Shown one piece after another: positions 58,355-64,000 of a DNA stretch of 64,000 nt. Numbering within the stretch: the stretch's first letter is position 1; each line of letters starts with the position of its first letter. Origin of the DNA: Zygnema circumcarinatum SAG 698-1b (lineage: Eukaryota > Plantae > Zygnematophyceae); assembly GCA_037447605.1 (NCBI GenBank), contig CM074817.1:2108001-2172000 (forward strand), given 5' to 3'. The notes under the pieces are model-generated. The model did not search any database. It saw only the letters and a program-made list of their open reading frames with translations, and was not told the DNA's origin. The position numbers and the translations under genes were made by a program.

Positions 58355-61300
58355 CTATTCCGCCAAAAACCCAGTCAGAGCTTCCAAGTACTCGTCCACA
58401 TGCGCGAGGCAGGGCCAATAATCAGTCCTCATCCGAGCGGTGGTTGACCAGTCAGAAATCTCCAACCGCATAAGGAGATGAAATTTCGGAGGCAGAAAGA
58501 TTAGCAAATGAATGGTTCCCAGAATCGCGCTATCCCCACGCCTGTCCAGCAGAACTCCGGTCTCTGACCGACCTCGTGGTTTCCAACCACTCCCTTCAAA
58601 CTCTCTCTCTCTTCTCCCTCTCTCTCTCTCTCTCCCCTCTGTCTTGGAGACGCTCTCTCTCGCTTCAAGCCTGAGCAGCTTCAGATCTGATTCTCCCGCA
58701 CTTTTTCCGCTGCTGCTGTTGCTGCTGCTGCTGCCCTCTTCACCATTTCTTGCCTGCCTTTTTCGAAGGGATCCTTTTCGAGAATCTGCTGAAGATTCTT
58801 TCCAGGCAACATCCTTGAGAATCCCCCCCTTCCTAATGATGTGAACAAGGGGCCCACCTTCAACTGCTACCACAAAAGCTGCCAGTCTCTCCTCTACTGC
58901 CTCTACCACTCTCTCTGCCGCTACGTCCACAAGCTTCACAGACTCTGCGCAGCCTCCAAGTACAAGCTCCACATGCTGCAACACTGTGCCGTTACCCTCC
59001 CTCCTTTCCGTTGTCAAAACTGCAGCTTTCAACTCCTCTGAGAAAGAGGACTCCCCTGAAGTGGAGCATATTTCCCAGAGAGCGTTAAAGAGCTTCTCTC
59101 TGCTCTTCACTTCACTCACCTTCTCAGAGACTAAACCTACAGTGGGTGCCTGCAAAAAGAGGTCTTCTATGCCTACTGGAATACTGTCCAATGCCCCTTC
59201 AACTGTGCTCCCTTCCTCATCTGTAAACTCAACAGTAGCCATTAACAGAGCAGGTGCTGGTTGCTTAGGCTCCAACTCTATCACAACCAAATGTGGTGGT
59301 TTGAAGGCCCCTCCAAAGCCCTTTTCCTCTTCTCTCCTATCTGCTTCCCTCTCCCTTTGCCCTCCATTCCCCGTCTCCTGCCTTTCACCACTCACAACCG
59401 ACTCTTTGGCATCCCTACTCGGCCTTTCATTACCTCCAGTCGATACCTCCTTCACTCCACGACTCTCCCCTTGGTCGGATTCTCTCCCCTGATGGTCTCT
59501 TACATCTCCATCCACAAGCAGCTTATTCTGCCCAGACTCCCTCACCTTCCTCCCTCCCCCTCCCTCGTCAAACTGCTCCCTTCTCCCACGCTTCCGAGGG
59601 AGACCGTCCTCCACAAACCCCCCATCCCAGTGAGTCATTTCTGTCTCTCCTTTCATGCTTTGAAACCCTTCATTCCTGAATGCAATTTTCCCCTCTGCTC
59701 CATTCCTTCCGTCCTCTCTCTCTGTTTCCTGCTCCTCAACAGACTCTCTCCTTTGTTCTATGAGACCTGCCACTAGTGGCGCTCTCCCTCCCTTCCTCAC
59801 CTCTCCTCTCCCCTGCATGTCCTGCATGGCTTCTTCTACCGACTCTCTCACAAGGAACGGAACATGGACAGGCCCAACAGGAGCATATAAATTGCTGTTC
59901 TGGAAACGTACAACTGCTGCATAGATCACTGGCCCATCTACCCATGCCCCTCCATTCTCATCATTCCCCTCTCCACTCAGCCTCCTCTCCCTCTGCTCCT
60001 CTCCTTTCGCCTGGTTAGGCTCTCTCTTCGGCATATCTTTGGCCCTACCCGCACCCTCCTTCTCCCTCTCCCTCTTCTCGTCTCCCTCTCCCCCTTTCTC
60101 TCCAAAATCACCCGTACTCGTTTTTCCAGACTCGTCTCCTCCTGAATCAGATTCTTGCCGCCTCCTCTTAGCCTCCCCTGCTCTCACGTCGACATACCGC
60201 AGTGCACACTGCAATTTTATCTTCCTCTTCTCCTTTCCCTCCCCTTGAAGAAGATGAGTAAAATAACATCGTAGCAAAGCAACCATTTCTGGAGATTGGG
60301 TTCCGAGAGTAGGTTCGGCTGTTTCCCCACTGTCAATTTTCCCATCTCCCAATCCCTTCGCTCCCTGCTCTGTAACCACCCCTTTCCTCTCCTTCACCTC
60401 CTCATTCGCTGCCGTACTCAGAACTTCACCACCCTCTAATCCCACTCGTCCATTGCCTCTCTCTTCCGATTCCCCACCCATCTCACCCTTCGAATGCCCT
60501 TCAGTTCTGCTGCTACTACCATCTACTACACCACTCTCACTCCCACTCCCCCTCCCGCTGCTGTGCTCATTACTACCATACACTGTTGTGACATCTCCCA
60601 CCTCTCTCCCCCACAGACTCTCCTCCACAGCCGGCACTACCACCAGCTCCCACGAATGCTGAACCAACAGAGGAGTGACCCGTCTTAGCCACACACTCGC
60701 TCTCACATCCTCTCCCGCAGCTCCGCGACTCTTGGGAGGTTTAATGGACACATCTCCCAAAGAAGTTAAACGCGGAATTCCACTCGTTTCTATACTTGGC
60801 TCTGCTTTCTCGCCATCATATTGTAAGAGCTTACGAAGTTGCCATCCCGGGCAGCTGCTCAGCAAGCGGATGTAACGGCTGCATACATATATGAGAGGAA
60901 CATAACATTCCTTTAAGAGACGAGATGAGAAAAAAAGAGCGCATAGTATGGAGTTGACCAAAAGACTGGCCAAAGAAAACTGAGATTACCTCCTCCTCCT
61001 TCTCAGGAACATAAATAAGGGATAATAAGGGATAATAAGGGATTAGAAACTAACCGAGATGTGTCCCGCACCTCCAATTCGGGATATGCTTTCGCCATAT
61101 AGCCCAAAAGGGATTGCAATTGGTCGAACACTCGGGAAGTGGAGTGCTGCAAAAGGGCCGTCCTGTACAAAGCAAGCAACAAGCAAACAAGCTTCATTTC
61201 TCTCACTCTGCTGCACCTGAAAATTCGTCAATAGCAGATGAAGAATTTAACCCATGTGTGGCATGAAGAAAGCACACAGAACAACGAAAAAAACTTCTTT

Positions 61301-64000
61301 TGCTGAATGTTTATGAGCCCCCCCACCTGCATATTCCCAAAACTTGCTGACCACGCAACCACAGCCGAGAAGTTCTGCTCCTCCCTCCTCCTCTCCTTCC
61401 CCTCCACCTGATATAGTCCTCAAGTAACTGCAGTGCTGCCCTAGGAGGAATGGCGGAGTTTTTCACCAACTGCTCAAGCAGCCTAAAGTAGAGTGGTAGC
61501 TCCTTTGAGGGGCGGAGAGAGGGAAGGAGACGTTCTTGCAGTGCTTGCAGTAGCTCCTCTCCCACTGCGGAATGTTGCCGGCAATGTAGTAAACGCACAA
61601 GGAAGCTAAGCAGGTTACTAAGCAGCTTTGCGTGCTCTTTCGCAATCAGTGTGAGAGTCTCCTTCACCAGCTCGAACACTCCCGACCTCTCTGTTTGTAG
61701 AGGTGGGGGGGGGAATTTCGAAGGGTGCTGATTGGGTGGATGAGATTCTTCGGACTTTTCTGCTTCCAAAGAGTGGAAATTCTGTACGTTTGCTCGTGCA
61801 GATGCCATTAGAAAGTGGTGGAGTGTCCAGAAAGTGAGAGCTGCCTCCATACTGTGGGAGGGCTGATGCTTGAAGCCATTAGCACATACAAGGCTATCGG
61901 TCAGCAGCTGTCCAGCCCATTCAACAGCCACATCATGCCAGCCCTCACTCTCTCTCTCTCTCTCTCTCTCCGTCTCCTCTCTCACTGTGTTGGTGGCTCC
62001 CACTCTGATTGATGGTGCTTCCGAAACGATTTGAGCGAGAGCAGCAATTTTGGCAGCTTTGAGAGAGAGGGGATCAAAAAGGTCGGGATAGAGGAGGGGA
62101 GCGAGAGGAAAAAGAGGTGACCCCCTTCGGCTTGTGGGAGTGTCAGCCAATCGGGTGTCAGCGTCAGTGGAAATAAGCCAGTGGACTGCCAGGTGGCGGA
62201 AGATGAGAGGCTGGAAGGGCTCCTGCGTGAGCATAGCCAGACGGCGGACAAGCGGCTGAAGGTCACCTCGAAAAGAGTCCGAGTTGCGGTCCAAAAGGAG
62301 GGAGTACATCCAAAGTACTGCCACGCAGACCCCACAACAAAGGCGTGAGAGAAGGTCAGAAGGAGACTCAGGCCTCTCTGTCTCTCTCTCCCTCACCCTC
62401 ATTCTCACCCTCGCTCTACTCACCCAAAACCCGCCCACCTCCCCGGCCTTCTCTCCCACCTCCTCTACCCCTCCTCCCTTCACCTCTCCGACCCCCTTTC
62501 CCGGATCCCCTACGCCCCTTCCCCATCCTACCTGTATAGGCCTTTCCGTTAACCAGTCCCCCTCCTCCCTCCTCCCTTCCCCCTCCCCCCATCCTCCCTT
62601 TCCCAACCTCCCCCCCTTCTCTCACTCCACTCTCTTTCCCCCTCCCCCTCCCCCCATCCTCCCTTTCCCCACCTTCCCCCCTTCTCTCACTCCACTCTCT
62701 TTCCCCTCCCCCTCCCCCCATCCNNNNNNNNNNCCCTCTCCCTCTCCCTCTCCCTCTCTCAGAACAAGAGCAGGCACAAGAGTAGGGCAGAGGAGGGTGC
62801 AGAGTCTCCCTACAGGCATGGCATAGCAGCGGTCTGCTGCTGTGCAGGAGCGCCTCGCAGTGCGGGTGGTGCCGCAGGTGCGCCCCCCCCAGGCCCAGCC
62901 TCCGCGAGAGGCGGGCGAGGCCGCCCAGGAGCTCCGCCGCCCCGCTCTCCGTCGCGAGCAGACTCGCTTCAAGCAGCGCGGAAATGGCCCTCCGAAACTC
63001 ACGCAACACTGCAATGGGGTTTAACTCTACACAGGTTTGACTTTATACATGTTTAACTTTATAGGGGTTTGACTTTACAGAGGTTTAACTTGATGGTTTG
63101 CTCGCATGTGTTGAGGGGAGGAAAGCGAGTTTGAGGTTGGCAAAGTGGGTATAAGCTTTGGATGCAGATCTTTGGCGAGCGAATCAACACATCCAAATGA
63201 ATTGAAACAAAGAGAAGAGAAGAGAATTGAAGAGAAGAGAAGAGAAGAGAAAGAGAAGAGAAGAGAGAAGAGACGAGAGAAGAGTAGAGAAGGGAGAGAA
63301 GAGAAGAGAAGAGAAGAGAAGACAAGTACAAGAGAAGAGAAGTAGAAGAGAAGAGAAGAGAAGTATAAGGTAGTCTAATATTTGTGAGCGGAAGGATCAT
63401 TTGAGCGTATTTGCGACTTGAGCACTCACCACTTGGAGTAACCTCTTGCTGTGGAATAGAGCTAAGACTTCCATGTGCAGCCCCTTGACTGGCCCAGAAG
63501 GTAGGAAGAGTGTACGGAGCCAAAGGCTGTGCTGTAGACAAGAGAGCTGGAAGAATTCCGGGAGAGTTTCTCCTCTGAAGAAGGGGTGAAGCCATAGTTG
63601 CCGTTGCTCGCACTGGGGGGCGAGGTTTGGCAGGGGAGGGAGAGAGGAGGGAGGTGACTTGTGGGCTGCTACCGGGAGAAGAATTTGAGGAGGGAGGGAG
63701 GGGAGGCGATGATGCTGAGGCAGCGGAGGGAGGAGATGTGAAAAACAAGTGAGTGGCAGCATTCTGCACAACAACGGTACTCTCGAGAGTGACAAAGTGA
63801 CAAAAACAGAACATGCATGCACCCTTTCAGCACTATTAACCAGAAAGGAGGTAGGTCCCTTCGAAGCTTCCATTGCACTGTACCTGCAGAGTGGTGAGCA
63901 GAAGTAGAAGGTACGCTTGCACTGCGGGAGACCGCTCGCTCTGAAGGAGGGAGAAAAAGTGACCTGCACAAGGAGCCAATATGCAGGGCCATGCCGTCTC
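58355..64000 (-). CDS. AP5B1: AP-5 complex subunit beta, 5' part beyond the window
   Basis: FRRAISALLE...PLLCHA..VLWMY, PLIFRHLAVHWL, LYPDLFDPLSLKAAK, YPELEVRD, and the C-terminal GTIHLLIFLPPKFHLL...RTDYWPCLAHVDEYLEAL typical of plant AP5B1. Confidence 0.9.
62724..62733. other. Assembly gap (10 N) in a pyrimidine-rich intron
   Basis: Ns in the sequence. Confidence 1.
63208..63362. repeat. (AAGAG)n pentanucleotide repeat in an AP5B1 intron
   Basis: Direct reading. Confidence 0.85.

Noticed and set aside
62550-62745. ~55-60 bp direct duplication beside the N gap
   Set aside because: Low-complexity and adjacent to an assembly gap, so it may be an artefact.

Overview
Eukaryotic, intron-rich nuclear DNA of a green plant. 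The proteins are land-plant-like and the 5S sequence is bryophyte-like, so a streptophyte alga or early-diverging land plant is likely; the species cannot be fixed from sequence alone. I can support 11 protein-coding loci: NDUFS6 exon 1 (rest off-window), an F-box gene, cyanase, MTHFR, a P4-ATPase (ALA2-like), a plastid SET/LSMT-family methyltransferase with a U12-type intron, a large low-complexity unknown protein with two EAR-like motifs, a PH/SMP (TEX2-like) protein, a LURP-one/tubby-C2 protein, an ARGOS/OSR-like small membrane protein, a CPP1-like (DUF3353) protein, plus AP5B1 (5' end off-window). Head-to-head intergenic intervals hold non-coding long-TIR (foldback/MULE-like) elements with 8-bp target-site duplications, including a three-level nest. 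These elements repeatedly carry a fixed-spacing CCAAT-N9-CCACG (ERSE-like) composite motif, and near-matches occur in host promoters. A solitary 5S rRNA gene and an inverted truncated copy form a ~1 kb inverted-repeat structure. Most short ORFs in the supplied track are artefacts of CT/GA repeats, antisense frames or palindromes. No tRNA, CRISPR or transposase/RT ORF was seen. All alignments and motif counts were done by eye and protein identities come from remembered homologues, not from database searches.
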